Made by a program: the position numbers and the translations under genes | The notes under the pieces: model-generated | Database searches by the model: none | What the model was told of the DNA's origin: nothing | What the model saw: only the letters and a program-made list of their open reading frames with translations | Source of the DNA: a virus | Lineage: Duplodnaviria; Caudoviricetes | DNA length: 64,000 bases | Strand: one strand, 5' to 3' | Virus record (IMG/VR): IMGVR_UViG_3300043754_000129 | Span: 192,001-256,000 of that record | Shown here: positions 19,180 through 28,554 of the stretch, one piece after another | Position numbering within the stretch: position 1 is the first letter of the stretch | How the letters are laid out: each line of letters opens with the position of its first letter

Positions 19180-21423
19180 TTAGGAAGGGTACTGCGGCGT
19201 TGGTGCGGGACCTGCAACGCGCTCGATCAGAACTGTAATCGGCGTCATGATTGCACCAACAAAACCAGCCGGGTTACCTGCCAGACCACCTTCAGTCGGC
19301 TGCCAGCCAGCAACACCTGCAACCGTATCGTTGCCATAACTGGCCACGCTTGTCCAGCCAGAGCCAGAATACGTTTGCGTGGCCCACAGCGGCATCGGAA
19401 TCACCTGATTGGGGCCGCTATAGACCCCACAGGCGCTTGCGGCGCTCGTGCAGTTGCCCCACATAGCGTCTTCATTTGCAAAGGCGCCAGAGACCGTATT
19501 GATGAAGTCCGTCACACTAGCAAAGACCCCATCAACAGCCGCATGGGCGGTCACCGTGTTACCGATGCTGAAGCCCGTTGTCTCGGTGCCGCTGTAGTTC
19601 ACCAGTTGCGTGCCCACAGCCACAGGACCATTAGCACCAAAAGCATTCGTCCACAGCGAGTCGATGTCGCTGTCCGTGTTGATCGGCACGGCCGTCGGCA
19701 GCGAGGCCTTGAACGCCGGCAAGAAGTCCAGAGCCGGTGAGAGCGAACTGGAACCCACACCACCCGGGTAGTTGTAACCCGGTGCATTCTCATTGCCACC
19801 CGGGGTCGTGCCCGCAGGCATTTCCTGGTTAGCAATCGACATGAAGCCCGTCGCGTCGCTGTAGTTCGTGACGCCATTGATGCTCGTCGAGCTCGTGTAG
19901 TTCGGTTGTTCGAGGATGAAGTTCACCCCCAGCCAGCCAAACTCCGTCGCCTCGTTGAAGTTGTAGATCAGCGGCTGAACTTCCATCTCCAACGCTTGAC
20001 CCGCATGCGCGAACTGATACGTGTAGGTCGGCGCGTACGGCACGTAGTACAGATTGATCGACGCGGTGATCTGCGTGTTGTCTGCAAACACACCCTGCAC
20101 CGTCAACGTGAAGACCGTATCAGAGACATTGCCGCCATCGACGTGCAGCTGCCAAGCAGCGGCTGCGTACACCGATTGCCCGCTCAGGTTGTTCGGGCTC
20201 GTGAAGCTCGATCCACTCGGATCCACCACGGTGGCCGACATCACATTCCACTGGACTGGCTGGATGCTCTCCGGTTGATTGTTCGCCGGATTGATGAGCG
20301 TCAAGTCCAGATAGCAATCTGCGGTGCCGCCTGTGAAGGCCACCTTGGCGTTGTTCGCGGGCTGCCAGCCGGCTGTACCGTCGACGGTGTCGTACATCGT
20401 GCCGTTGAGTTGCAGCGGCAGCATCTCGGGACCACCTTCAGCCCAGTTCTGTTGCCAGCTGGGGCGCACACCTACGACACCCGGATTGCTGGTCGTCGGA
20501 TAGCTGAAGGCCGAAACCTTCGTCAGCGTCACCGTGCCCACAATCGTCGAGTTATCCCCGTACGTGCCGGTGAGGGTCAGGGTCGTGACTTCATCCATCA
20601 CGAGGTTATCGCCATCTTGCGGCAGATACGACAGATACCATTCGGCATCCGAATACACCGACGTGCCATTACCACCAGGTGCTGAGACAGACGAGTTGCC
20701 CATCGTGATGTTGCTGCTGACCGCCGTGATCGCCCACGACGTTGGCTGTTCCGTTTCCAGTTGCAGGGTGCTGGAGTTGATGACGGCGATTTCCAGATCC
20801 GCCTCACCCGAACCATTTTCCGCATACTGAATCGGATTGGTGGCCGCATTCGCCCAAGGCGCGGTGCCATCCACGTTGAAATACATCGTGGAGCCGATCT
20901 TGGTGACTTCCCCATACTGACTCGGCGAGCCCCAACCTTGGAACCAGGCAGGACGCACGCCCAGCACCGGCGTAGGCGGTGTGACGCCATCGGACGAGCC
21001 ACCATCACTCGACCCAGTGCCATCGCCACTCGTGCCGTCTGAGCCCGTCGGAATGATGTCGCCAATCGAAGAGCCCGTGACGTTGGTGATCACTGTCGCG
21101 GTACTCAGGTCCGCGTAGTAGCCACCATTGGTCGCACGCATCGGGAACTCAACAGCCGTCACCCAATGCGTCGTCACCGCCGCCGTGTTGTAACACACGC
21201 AGATTTGTCGCACCCAACCACTTTCATCATTGTTGGGGTCATCCGAGAACGTCACAAAGAACAGTGTCGCATTCGGATACTTCGCCTGCGCGATTGTGGT
21301 CGCCTGCTGAACCAGAGCATGCAGCGTGTTGTAGTCCGTCTGGTTCAGTGTGATCTGTTGGATCACGGCGTCCGCAAGTTGCGCCAGAGTCCGAAAACCC
21401 TGACGCCCGAAAATCAGAGACAT
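19180..21423 (-). CDS. T/S/G/N-rich beta-type protein with duplicated module; possible virion surface or adhesin protein
   Basis: 747 aa; two modules starting GVRP(A/S)W and containing TMYxxVDGTAxW and QPxxWxxxxxS; function inferred only. Confidence 0.55.
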   Translation of the reverse strand: MSLIFGRQGFRTLAQLADAVIQQITLNQTDYNTLHALVQQATTIAQAKYPNATLFFVTFSDDPNNDESGWVRQICVCYNTAAVTTHWVTAVEFPMRATNGGYYADLSTATVITNVTGSSIGDIIPTGSDGTSGDGTGSSDGGSSDGVTPPTPVLGVRPAWFQGWGSPSQYGEVTKIGSTMYFNVDGTAPWANAATNPIQYAENGSGEADLEIAVINSSTLQLETEQPTSWAITAVSSNITMGNSSVSAPGGNGTSVYSDAEWYLSYLPQDGDNLVMDEVTTLTLTGTYGDNSTIVGTVTLTKVSAFSYPTTSNPGVVGVRPSWQQNWAEGGPEMLPLQLNGTMYDTVDGTAGWQPANNAKVAFTGGTADCYLDLTLINPANNQPESIQPVQWNVMSATVVDPSGSSFTSPNNLSGQSVYAAAAWQLHVDGGNVSDTVFTLTVQGVFADNTQITASINLYYVPYAPTYTYQFAHAGQALEMEVQPLIYNFNEATEFGWLGVNFILEQPNYTSSTSINGVTNYSDATGFMSIANQEMPAGTTPGGNENAPGYNYPGGVGSSSLSPALDFLPAFKASLPTAVPINTDSDIDSLWTNAFGANGPVAVGTQLVNYSGTETTGFSIGNTVTAHAAVDGVFASVTDFINTVSGAFANEDAMWGNCTSAASACGVYSGPNQVIPMPLWATQTYSGSGWTSVASYGNDTVAGVAGWQPTEGGLAGNPAGFVGAIMTPITVLIERVAGPAPTPQYPS

Positions 21424-21444
21424 CCTCGTCTCCTAGAAGGATGG

Positions 21445-22017
21445 TTATCCAGCCATAGCCAGACGAACGGCTCGCATCGGATCGTTGTAGTGAGCGTTCA
21501 AGCTCAGCCCATTACTGTCGATCTGTACGGCCACCGGGAAGTTGTGATTGCCAAGCGCCTGGAGTGCACGCGCAGCCTTGATCACATTGTCAAGCGCTTC
21601 GAGCTCTTCTTTGCTTACTTTCCACTTGTTCTCGCGCGCCAGCTTCTCGGCTTCGCTTTCTTCCGGCAGACTGAACGTCACTGCACCGTAATCGTGCAGG
21701 TTCAGGGTCAACTGCATCTCGCCGATCACTTCCGCGTTGTGGAAATGGTTGCCCGGCAGACTGACTTGAAACACGATCTTGGGTTTGACCGTGTCCGCAT
21801 CGACGAGACGGCTAAACTTGTACTTCGGATTGAACGTACGACCCGCGTTCTTCACCTTACCTTCTTCGGCGATGGCTTCAGCACGCTTGACCAGTTGCGT
21901 GATGTCGTCATTCACCATGAAGTCTTGCAGCTCGTTGCGCAGGAAGAAGATCCCGCTGATTTCCTTGTTCAGAATCGCGTCGAGCGTTTTGATGTGTTTT
22001 TCTTGCAGCATAGCCAT
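21445..22017 (-). CDS. Hypothetical protein, 190 aa
   Basis: ORF track; GAGAACC leader. Confidence 0.7.
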   Translation of the reverse strand: MAMLQEKHIKTLDAILNKEISGIFFLRNELQDFMVNDDITQLVKRAEAIAEEGKVKNAGRTFNPKYKFSRLVDADTVKPKIVFQVSLPGNHFHNAEVIGEMQLTLNLHDYGAVTFSLPEESEAEKLARENKWKVSKEELEALDNVIKAARALQALGNHNFPVAVQIDSNGLSLNAHYNDPMRAVRLAMAG

Positions 22018-22088
22018 GATTGGTTCTCGGTGGTTGTAGGTTGACTAGCCTCATACGATCCCGAGGCGTGTAAGTTTCTACTCGTACT

Positions 22089-22547
22089 TTACAGTGCCTG
22101 GATCGCGCGGATGCGGATGGCGTTGAAGGGATCCGGCTTCGCTTCCATGCGCAGGATGGCACCTTCGGGGCGTTCCCAGGTGAAGGGCATCTCATCGCCT
22201 TCGCTGTTCAGCTGGCTCTTGTCATAGCGCACGAAGTCAGCCACGTAGTAGTGGTTATCCGTGCCGCGAAAGAGGTGCTCGCGTTTCTTGCCCATCGGAT
22301 GTTCGGCGGGTAGGTTCACTCCGAGCGGGCGGATGTTGGTAATCACCACCCCGACTTCTTCCAGGCTTTCCTTGGCGACCGTTTCTTCTGCCGTGTGGTT
22401 CTCTTCCACCCCGCCGCCGGGGAAGTTGTAGCAGACCGTCATACCGTTCACCCGCACCTGACCGAGCAGGATGCGACCTTCCTTCTTGATGATCACGCGC
22501 GCCACCATGCGCAGGGGAAGATGCGAACGATCGATGTTTTGTTCCAT
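22089..22547 (-). CDS. Nudix hydrolase
   Basis: Nudix box GGGVEENHTAEETVAKESLEEVG; start moved to MEQNID. Confidence 0.9.
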   Translation of the reverse strand: MEQNIDRSHLPLRMVARVIIKKEGRILLGQVRVNGMTVCYNFPGGGVEENHTAEETVAKESLEEVGVVITNIRPLGVNLPAEHPMGKKREHLFRGTDNHYYVADFVRYDKSQLNSEGDEMPFTWERPEGAILRMEAKPDPFNAIRIRAIQAL

Positions 22548-22661
22548 TGCTTTGCTCCGTTTGGTTTGTTGTTGTGACCTTGATTGGTAGGTCAGTGGCA
22601 TTATATCTGTCTGACTTTTCTTTCATTGCGGCATAAGGGGCGGGACTAGCCCGCCAGCCTT

Positions 22662-23159
22662 TTACCACATCAGGTAGTTGGGCGGTGTGTCACCCTTGCC
22701 CCCACCGAGGAGCGTGACTTGCTTATTCGCGAGCCACTTCACGAGATCGACCTTTTCCTTATTCAGGATGTTCTTGTCGATCGTAGCCTGAGTCTTCCAC
22801 TCAGTCTTGATCTGGTTGTGCTCGTTGGCGTTCTTCTGCCACCCGTCTTCTTCCGCCAAGCGGATCGTGTACAAGAAGAGTTCGAGTTGCTTGAGCTCGG
22901 CGAGCGTCGGCGCCACTTCCATCGGGAAGCGCACCCGGATATGGTTGCCCCGGCGCTCATACTCGGTCGACTGGAACTTCTTCTCGATCATCGAGGCGAA
23001 TGCCATTGCAATGGCTTCATCCCGACTGGAGGTCGTATAGAGCCACTCGTTCGATTCGGTCTCGTCCCATTTGACGATCTCACCGCTGCGCAGGTAACCC
23101 GGCATCAGTTCGTTCTGGTCGAACCCCGAGCCGTGATACAGCAATTTCTCAATAGCCAT
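22662..23159 (-). CDS. Putative ADP-ribosyltransferase-fold protein
   Basis: LLYHGS...LMPG...WLYTT...AIAMA resembles the H-Y motifs of Arr/PARP-like ARTs; ends PPNYLMW. Confidence 0.45.
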   Translation of the reverse strand: MAIEKLLYHGSGFDQNELMPGYLRSGEIVKWDETESNEWLYTTSSRDEAIAMAFASMIEKKFQSTEYERRGNHIRVRFPMEVAPTLAELKQLELFLYTIRLAEEDGWQKNANEHNQIKTEWKTQATIDKNILNKEKVDLVKWLANKQVTLLGGGKGDTPPNYLMW

Positions 23160-23203
23160 TATTAGTTCTCGGAATAAGAGGGGAGCCGAAGCTCCCCCGG
23201 CGT

Positions 23204-23758
23204 TTAACGCGTGATACCGTGCTTGTACATGAAGCGGCGCATGTCGTCCATGGCAGTCTTCGTCAGGAGCGTGTTGTACATCGAACGATCCCAGACCTTC
23301 GCTACCAACTCCGCACCCATGTCCTGCTCCATATGGTTCGCGACTTCGATAGCGATCAGCTCATGGATTTCCACATTGGTCACCATGTGGCTATGAAAGC
23401 CAAAGCGATTGTGGATGCTATTGTCTTCGAACGCATCGAAGAACGCCTTCGGACGCTTGGCCACGCAGAACAAATACGCAAGCCACTCCGCCTTCGTGCC
23501 AATCAGGGCCTGGAGCAGATCCCGATCGGTAAACGAGGCACTGGGCGTCGTGAAGATGTTCGTGCCATAGATCGAGTGGAACAACCCCGCGACCTGGACG
23601 TGCTCGGGCATCCCCCACTTCTTCAGGAGGTCTCGCGTACCCTTCAGGTGTTCGAAAAGAGTCCGGCCCGTATGACTGGTCGTGTCCGTATGGAACTGCT
23701 TGAGACAGTCCTCATACGGATCGTAGTCGTGCGCCACTACCGCGATGGGAAACCCCAT
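23204..23758 (-). CDS. HD-like metal-binding protein (DUF6817-like)
   Basis: SHTGRTLFEHLKGTRDLLKKWGMPEHVQVAGLFHSIYGT; start MGFPIA overlaps the upstream stop (TGATG). Confidence 0.7.
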   Translation of the reverse strand: MGFPIAVVAHDYDPYEDCLKQFHTDTTSHTGRTLFEHLKGTRDLLKKWGMPEHVQVAGLFHSIYGTNIFTTPSASFTDRDLLQALIGTKAEWLAYLFCVAKRPKAFFDAFEDNSIHNRFGFHSHMVTNVEIHELIAIEVANHMEQDMGAELVAKVWDRSMYNTLLTKTAMDDMRRFMYKHGITR

Positions 23759-24387
23759 CACGCAGCTTCCGTCGGCATGACGGGCTTGGCACCCACGTGC
23801 GACTTGAACACGAGTGCCGTACGCAGATGCGGACAGTCGCGCGCCGGCGCATTCGCCTTGTGCGGGATGTGGCCCGGGAACGTCACGATACGGAACGGCA
23901 CGGCCGCTGCGGCCTTGATGATGTCCTTCTCGTCGAGCGAGTAGAACAGCGTCTCGCCGCCCCAGGGTGCCTTCCAGTCCGGGTTCGTGTAGATGATCGT
24001 CGAGAAGTAGTTCTCGGTGTCGCGGTTGTCGACGTGGATGTAGCCTTCCGTGCCGAACGTGTGGGCGTTGCCATACGCGCGCAGCGGCTCGTGGCCTTGC
24101 AGGATCGTCTTGCTCAGCAGATCCCACACTTGATACACGGAGAAGTTCTCCGGCTTTTGGCGCAGCTGGTCCGCACAGTTCACGCGGCTATTGAGGTCGC
24201 CACCTGCGAAGTGCGTGTGCCAGAAGCTGTACTTGTCCTTCTCGGCGTTGCTCTTCCAGCCATAGGCCCAACGCGGCTGCTTCATGAGCGCGGCGATGGC
24301 GTTCTGGAGCTCAGCCGGGATCAGTCCGTCATGGATCTGAATGCGGGCGATGAGGTCAGCGTGCTTCGTTTGAATTGCTTGGTTCAT
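23758..24387 (-). CDS. 2OG-Fe(II) oxygenase, prolyl-4-hydroxylase-like (copy 3)
   Basis: GYIHVD (HxD), WKAPWGGE, distal His in GHIPHKA, R/K in LRTALVFK. Confidence 0.85.
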   Translation of the reverse strand: MNQAIQTKHADLIARIQIHDGLIPAELQNAIAALMKQPRWAYGWKSNAEKDKYSFWHTHFAGGDLNSRVNCADQLRQKPENFSVYQVWDLLSKTILQGHEPLRAYGNAHTFGTEGYIHVDNRDTENYFSTIIYTNPDWKAPWGGETLFYSLDEKDIIKAAAAVPFRIVTFPGHIPHKANAPARDCPHLRTALVFKSHVGAKPVMPTEAA

Positions 24388-24397
24388 GGTTCTCTTC

Positions 24398-25021
24398 TTA
24401 CATGCGGAGGATCTGCTTCGAGCGGAACGAGAGCAGCGGAAGGTATTGCGGAGCTTCACGGGTCGGCCCGTTCGGCTTGTGGGGCAACAGTCCCGGGAAC
24501 GTGATCACGCGGAACGGTTTCGGTTCCACCGCGCAGATGATGTCATTCATCTCACGATCGTAGAAGACCATCTCGCCACCCCAATGAGCTTGCCACTCAT
24601 CGAAGGCAAAGATAATCGTCGAACGATAGTTCGTCAGGTTCAGGCCATTGCCCATCTTACCCTGATCCTCAGGATCAGTGTTGTCACCGTGCGCATAGCC
24701 TTCGCAGCCGTGATGAAACCCAATCACGAAGGCGCGCATGAGACTGTGGCCTTTCAGGAAGGTACTCGTAAAGAGCTTCCAGATTTCAGCCGAGTCGATC
24801 TGGTGACCGTCACGCATGAGGTTCTCTTCTGCGTTTTGGTTGCCGCGCAACGGATTCGCCACGCTGCGGCCCCAGACGGGATACTCGTCCCAGGGCGCGG
24901 TCTGCCAGCTATAGGTCCAGAGTTCCTTCTTCACCGTAGCGGCGAGTCGGTCCTGAATGTCTTTCGGGATGATGTCGTCATAGACGTGCACCTCATCCAT
25001 CAAACTACCCATTGCTTTCAT
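24398..25021 (-). CDS. 2OG-Fe(II) oxygenase (copy 2)
   Basis: GYAHGD, WQAHWGGE, PGLLPHKP, SFR. Confidence 0.82.
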   Translation of the reverse strand: MKAMGSLMDEVHVYDDIIPKDIQDRLAATVKKELWTYSWQTAPWDEYPVWGRSVANPLRGNQNAEENLMRDGHQIDSAEIWKLFTSTFLKGHSLMRAFVIGFHHGCEGYAHGDNTDPEDQGKMGNGLNLTNYRSTIIFAFDEWQAHWGGEMVFYDREMNDIICAVEPKPFRVITFPGLLPHKPNGPTREAPQYLPLLSFRSKQILRM

Positions 25022-25602
25022 GTTTCTCTTCTTTTCCTCGAACGAAAACCGAGCACACCACGCATCTTGTCAGTCTCTCGTGTTGGGGGGCTGATGCGGT
25101 GAGGGATGTGGCCGGGCGAGATGATGACGCGAAGCGGCTTAGGCTCAATCACCTTGATGATATCCGACTCATCTTGCGTGAAGTACATGAGCTCCCCGCC
25201 CCAATGAGCTTGCCACTCACTGTGGATATAGAGAAGCGTCGTGTAGTAATCCTCTTCTTTGCCATCGATGTGGACGTGACCATCCATGCCTTGCGTGAAG
25301 CTCAGCGCCCAAAAGCGCAAGAGTTCATGCTCGGGCAAGTACTTCTGTTTGATGATCGCCCAGAACTTACCAAGGAGGTAGGTGCGCCGATCTGCGTAGA
25401 GTTCTGCTTCGCAGTTCCCCAAGTCAGTAGCGTCCGAGCCTCCCATAAACAACGCGCCCCAGTTCTTATACGCGTAGTTATTGGTGGTCCAGTTGTTAGC
25501 CCAAATGGGCTGTTGCGTCAGACGTTGCAACTCCCCGCGCAGCGCCTGAGGAATCGGTACATCGTCGTAGACTTGTACCAATGCTGCCAGGTCTTGTGTC
25601 AT
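25018..25602 (-). CDS. 2OG-Fe(II) oxygenase (copy 1)
   Basis: GHVHID, WQAHWGGE, PGHIPHRI, MRGVLGFR; ATGA overlap with the next gene. Confidence 0.85.
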   Translation of the reverse strand: MTQDLAALVQVYDDVPIPQALRGELQRLTQQPIWANNWTTNNYAYKNWGALFMGGSDATDLGNCEAELYADRRTYLLGKFWAIIKQKYLPEHELLRFWALSFTQGMDGHVHIDGKEEDYYTTLLYIHSEWQAHWGGELMYFTQDESDIIKVIEPKPLRVIISPGHIPHRISPPTRETDKMRGVLGFRSRKRRET

Positions 25603-25621
25603 TTGTTTAAGCTAGCAAAAT

Positions 25622-26205
25622 AAAAAAAGGGGTAATGCCACAGCCCACTGAGGACGGCCGTGGTACAGCGTTCATCTATCTCATCCGGGGAGACGACCGT
25701 TTCAATAGACTTCTACTGTACCCAAACGCACACTAGCGTTGACGCTCGCACCGATACACTGATGCGCCGAACGGATAATCCTCAGCAGGCTGCGTTCTAG
25801 GAGCAAAGCTCAACCAGAGTACAACTTCCCAGATCCACTGGGCGTACCGAATAGGCAGTCGGGCCAGCAAGAAACCCTTTGCGTGTGGGCAAACACACGT
25901 GGTCTTTTAATCGGTATCAGACCATAGACTGTGAGAACAGCTAAAGAGGAAGCAGTGTATCTGGTACCCCCACGGCACCCTGTGGGCTCTAGGCTGTCTC
26001 ACGACAGTCTGTTGTCAAGCCCATCACACCAACAACCACCACCGAGATAAGGATCTCGTGCCGCACTTTCGCAGGCGTTTCACCTGAGCGTTCCCCGACC
26101 GTGGTAAAGACCACAATCAGAGGCACTGGAGACTTGCACTCCTCTTCAGACAGTATCAACGGTACTACCAGGGATTTCTCCCCGCATAGAATAGCCGTCG
26201 TGCGG
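25622..26205 (-). ncRNA. Candidate large, highly structured non-coding RNA (~580 nt)
   Basis: No credible ORF; several 6-13 bp long-range helices, GNRA-capped hairpins and a possible pseudoknot found by hand; ends in a U7 tract; strand inferred from GNRA loops and flanking genes. Confidence 0.6.
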
Positions 26206-26208
26206 TTT

Positions 26209-26643
26209 TTACTTATCCATGGCCCCATTGACCGCGCCTTGCACCACGCGGCGCACCAGCGACTTGGGCTTGCGTGCACCGAGGTGCTGATGGTCGTCCG
26301 GGGTCATCGGGATTTCCGAGCTCTGCTTCAGACGCACACCACCGGCCGCTGCCACGAATTGGGCACCGAGCGACACCGCCCCAGCACTGAACGCCATGCT
26401 GTTAAACGAGTGATGCCAGATCGTGTCAAGGTAGGTGAACCACAGGAAGAACACGCCGAACAGTCCGCACAGCAGGTACGGGATCAGACGGGCCGGGTCG
26501 ACGTCACCGTTCCAGCTGGTGAACATGTCACCGCAGACTTTGGCGATGAACGCGAAGACCATCGAGAGTTCTTCCTGGATGAACTTCACCAGGACTTGCA
26601 GGGTCACATACGGGCCAATGCGGGCCCAGAGCTTTTGCCACAT
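26209..26643 (-). CDS. Multi-pass membrane protein, holin-like
   Basis: Start moved to MWQKLW; 2-3 hydrophobic segments and a basic C-terminal tail. Confidence 0.55.
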   Translation of the reverse strand: MWQKLWARIGPYVTLQVLVKFIQEELSMVFAFIAKVCGDMFTSWNGDVDPARLIPYLLCGLFGVFFLWFTYLDTIWHHSFNSMAFSAGAVSLGAQFVAAAGGVRLKQSSEIPMTPDDHQHLGARKPKSLVRRVVQGAVNGAMDK

Positions 26644-26767
26644 GTTGTTGGTTCTCCAAAAGGTTATACAACACACAATAGAAATCAACAAGAAAAAAAG
26701 ACAGCAAAAAAAGAGGGACCCGAAGGTCCCCCATAAAAGAGTGCGTTCGGCACTCGGAGCAATTCGT

Positions 26768-26995
26768 TCACATGTCCCAGTCCCAAGTCGGCCGAGCAGA
26801 CTGCTCAGCCGCATAGAGGTCCCGGGCACGCTGGGAGATCTGAACAATCGACGAAGGCACGACAGGCGTGGGGACCGGCGCAGCGTTAGGCTTGTAAGGC
26901 CTGCTCTGCCGCTCACGTCTGTCGCGTTCTTGGGCTTCTCGCATAAGCTCCGAGAAGGGTACGAATCCAGTAACTGCATTGACTGCGTCTACCAT
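26768..26995 (-). CDS. Hypothetical protein, 75 aa
   Basis: ORF track; GAGG RBS. Confidence 0.6.
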   Translation of the reverse strand: MVDAVNAVTGFVPFSELMREAQERDRRERQSRPYKPNAAPVPTPVVPSSIVQISQRARDLYAAEQSARPTWDWDM

Positions 26996-27031
26996 GACTC
27001 ACCTCTGGAGGCTATGCGATGCTTGGGTTAG

Positions 27032-27301
27032 TTAGACGGGTTCCGGTTGGAGATGAAGACGGCTTTTCGCGCCGTTGGTCGTGACCTTGTTGAAGAGGCC
27101 TTCGATACAGAATTCCACAAAGCCAGGTTCAACCGTGCGCACTTCACCCGTGAGCAGGTTGACGTAGGCGCACGTCTTGTGGCAGGGTGCGACTTCCTTC
27201 GGTGCCGTCGAAGCGACGTCAGCGAAGTGCAGCTTCAAGATGACGCCGATGAAGACTGCGAGCAGCAGGACAGCGAAGATTGCGTGGGCGTAGTGATGCA
27301 T
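27032..27301 (-). CDS. Small single-TM protein
   Basis: AIFAVLLLAVFIGVIL followed by a CxxxC segment; AGGAGA RBS. Confidence 0.65.
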   Translation of the reverse strand: MHHYAHAIFAVLLLAVFIGVILKLHFADVASTAPKEVAPCHKTCAYVNLLTGEVRTVEPGFVEFCIEGLFNKVTTNGAKSRLHLQPEPV

Positions 27302-27318
27302 GTTCTTTCTCCTGACAG

Positions 27319-27678
27319 TTAAGCGAAGATGCTCAGGTCCTGGGCGCTCTTGAGGATCTTGCGATCCTTCGAGACCTTGGCCATGAGGCGCATTTGATGG
27401 GCGAACTGAATCGACGAGACGATCAGCGTGAAGACCGCAGCCACGTTCCAGCCGAGCAGCAGCGGGATGTAGCAGCTGATCAGGATGATACTCACACCGA
27501 AGAAGCCGTGCATGACGCGACCGTACTTCAGGTACTGGTTCGCTGCGTTGTAGAGCTGCACGTCGCGGATGATCTTCGCGTAGCTACCCTTACCGAACAC
27601 GCCGTAGAGCGTAGCCGAGGAAAGGACCAGTGCACCGAAGACGATGAAGCTGACGTAGATCGATTGAGCCAGGGACAT
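27319..27678 (-). CDS. Small membrane protein, 3 TM
   Basis: Three hydrophobic segments; GGAG RBS. Confidence 0.7.
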   Translation of the reverse strand: MSLAQSIYVSFIVFGALVLSSATLYGVFGKGSYAKIIRDVQLYNAANQYLKYGRVMHGFFGVSIILISCYIPLLLGWNVAAVFTLIVSSIQFAHQMRLMAKVSKDRKILKSAQDLSIFA

Positions 27679-27777
27679 GATAACTCCAGATAGGAAATGG
27701 GTAAAGCCCCGCCAGACGTTAGCCCGGCGGGGTACTACAGTGCCACTCCCACTATTGCGTGGGAGGTAGCGGGTGGC

Positions 27778-28035
27778 TTAGTAGCCTTCGCACAGACCCG
27801 GCTGATTATGCCAGGGCGCTTCTGCACGAATGCCGTCCGACGAGAGGCTGAAGAACGCGAGTGCGTCATCGATGCGTTCGCTCAAATCGTTCAGGCGGCG
27901 AATTGCACCGGCGTACTCGTGTTGCATCTCGTCAGCCATGACTTCCGCGATTTCATGCGGCACTGCGTGGTCATGGGCCAGGGCGATGCGGACTGCCAGG
28001 GGCAGGGTACGACGGGCTTGCTTGTTCTTGCTCAT
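27778..28035 (-). CDS. Hypothetical protein
   Basis: ORF track; start at MSKNKQ overlapping the upstream stop. Confidence 0.6.
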   Translation of the reverse strand: MSKNKQARRTLPLAVRIALAHDHAVPHEIAEVMADEMQHEYAGAIRRLNDLSERIDDALAFFSLSSDGIRAEAPWHNQPGLCEGY

Positions 28036-28226
28036 TACTGTTTGCTCCAACTTGGTTTAGAATTATCCGCTGCCTTGCTGAACAGCGTGGTACTACTGTA
28101 CTGCAACTGCTTTTTCTTGTCAAGCGTTTTTATTGCTTCACGACGTTCGACTTCAATGAAGCCATATCCAATCGCGATGCCGGCCGTCACTACTGCTACT
28201 CCAATCTTCACATGACGGCTGTTCAT
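28035..28226 (-). CDS. Small single-TM protein
   Basis: MNSRHVKIGVAVVTAGIAIGYGF followed by a basic tail; GAGGAG RBS. Confidence 0.6.
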   Translation of the reverse strand: MNSRHVKIGVAVVTAGIAIGYGFIEVERREAIKTLDKKKQLQYSSTTLFSKAADNSKPSWSKQ

Positions 28227-28236
28227 GCCTGTCTCC

Positions 28237-28554
28237 TCAGAGCGTCTCGATGACTTCCGCGCGCCGGTAGTATTCACTCACGCGCTTCAGTCCACCGATG
28301 AGTTCATCGGGAATCGGGGCGTATGCGATTTCCATGGCTCGGGCGAACTTCTCAGTGCCCGAGTGTTTTTCTATTGCGTCGTTCAGATAAACCAGGGCTT
28401 CATCAGCCAGGTCCATCGCTGCAACTTCTTTATCAGCCAGTTGAGCGCGGCCCTCCAAGTCGTCCTCTTGCAACGGCTTGAGCATCAACTCCACATCTTG
28501 CAGCAGCGCCTTCGTGCTGAAGAAGATGTTCAGTTCATGGGTACTAACGGACAT
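28237..28554 (-). CDS. Hypothetical protein
   Basis: Start moved to MSVSTH after AAGGAG. Confidence 0.65.
   Translation of the reverse strand: MSVSTHELNIFFSTKALLQDVELMLKPLQEDDLEGRAQLADKEVAAMDLADEALVYLNDAIEKHSGTEKFARAMEIAYAPIPDELIGGLKRVSEYYRRAEVIETL

Noticed and set aside
26125-26150. Hammerhead-like CTGAAGA followed by a GGAG/CTCC stem
   Set aside because: The required GAAA after stem II is absent (AGTG instead).
25622-26205. Group II intron, RNase P RNA or retron as identity of the large RNA
   Set aside because: No domain V or GUGYG boundary, and it does not interrupt a gene. Only scattered RNase P-like words (GAAAGTGC, GGTGAAACG, AGATAGATG) appear, out of order and without P4. No reverse transcriptase is present in the window.
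25989-26979. ORF-track entries 25989-26279, 26101-26736 and the N-terminal extension of 26209-26979
   Set aside because: No RBS or protein-like features; only the part from MWQKLW (26643) looks like a real gene.
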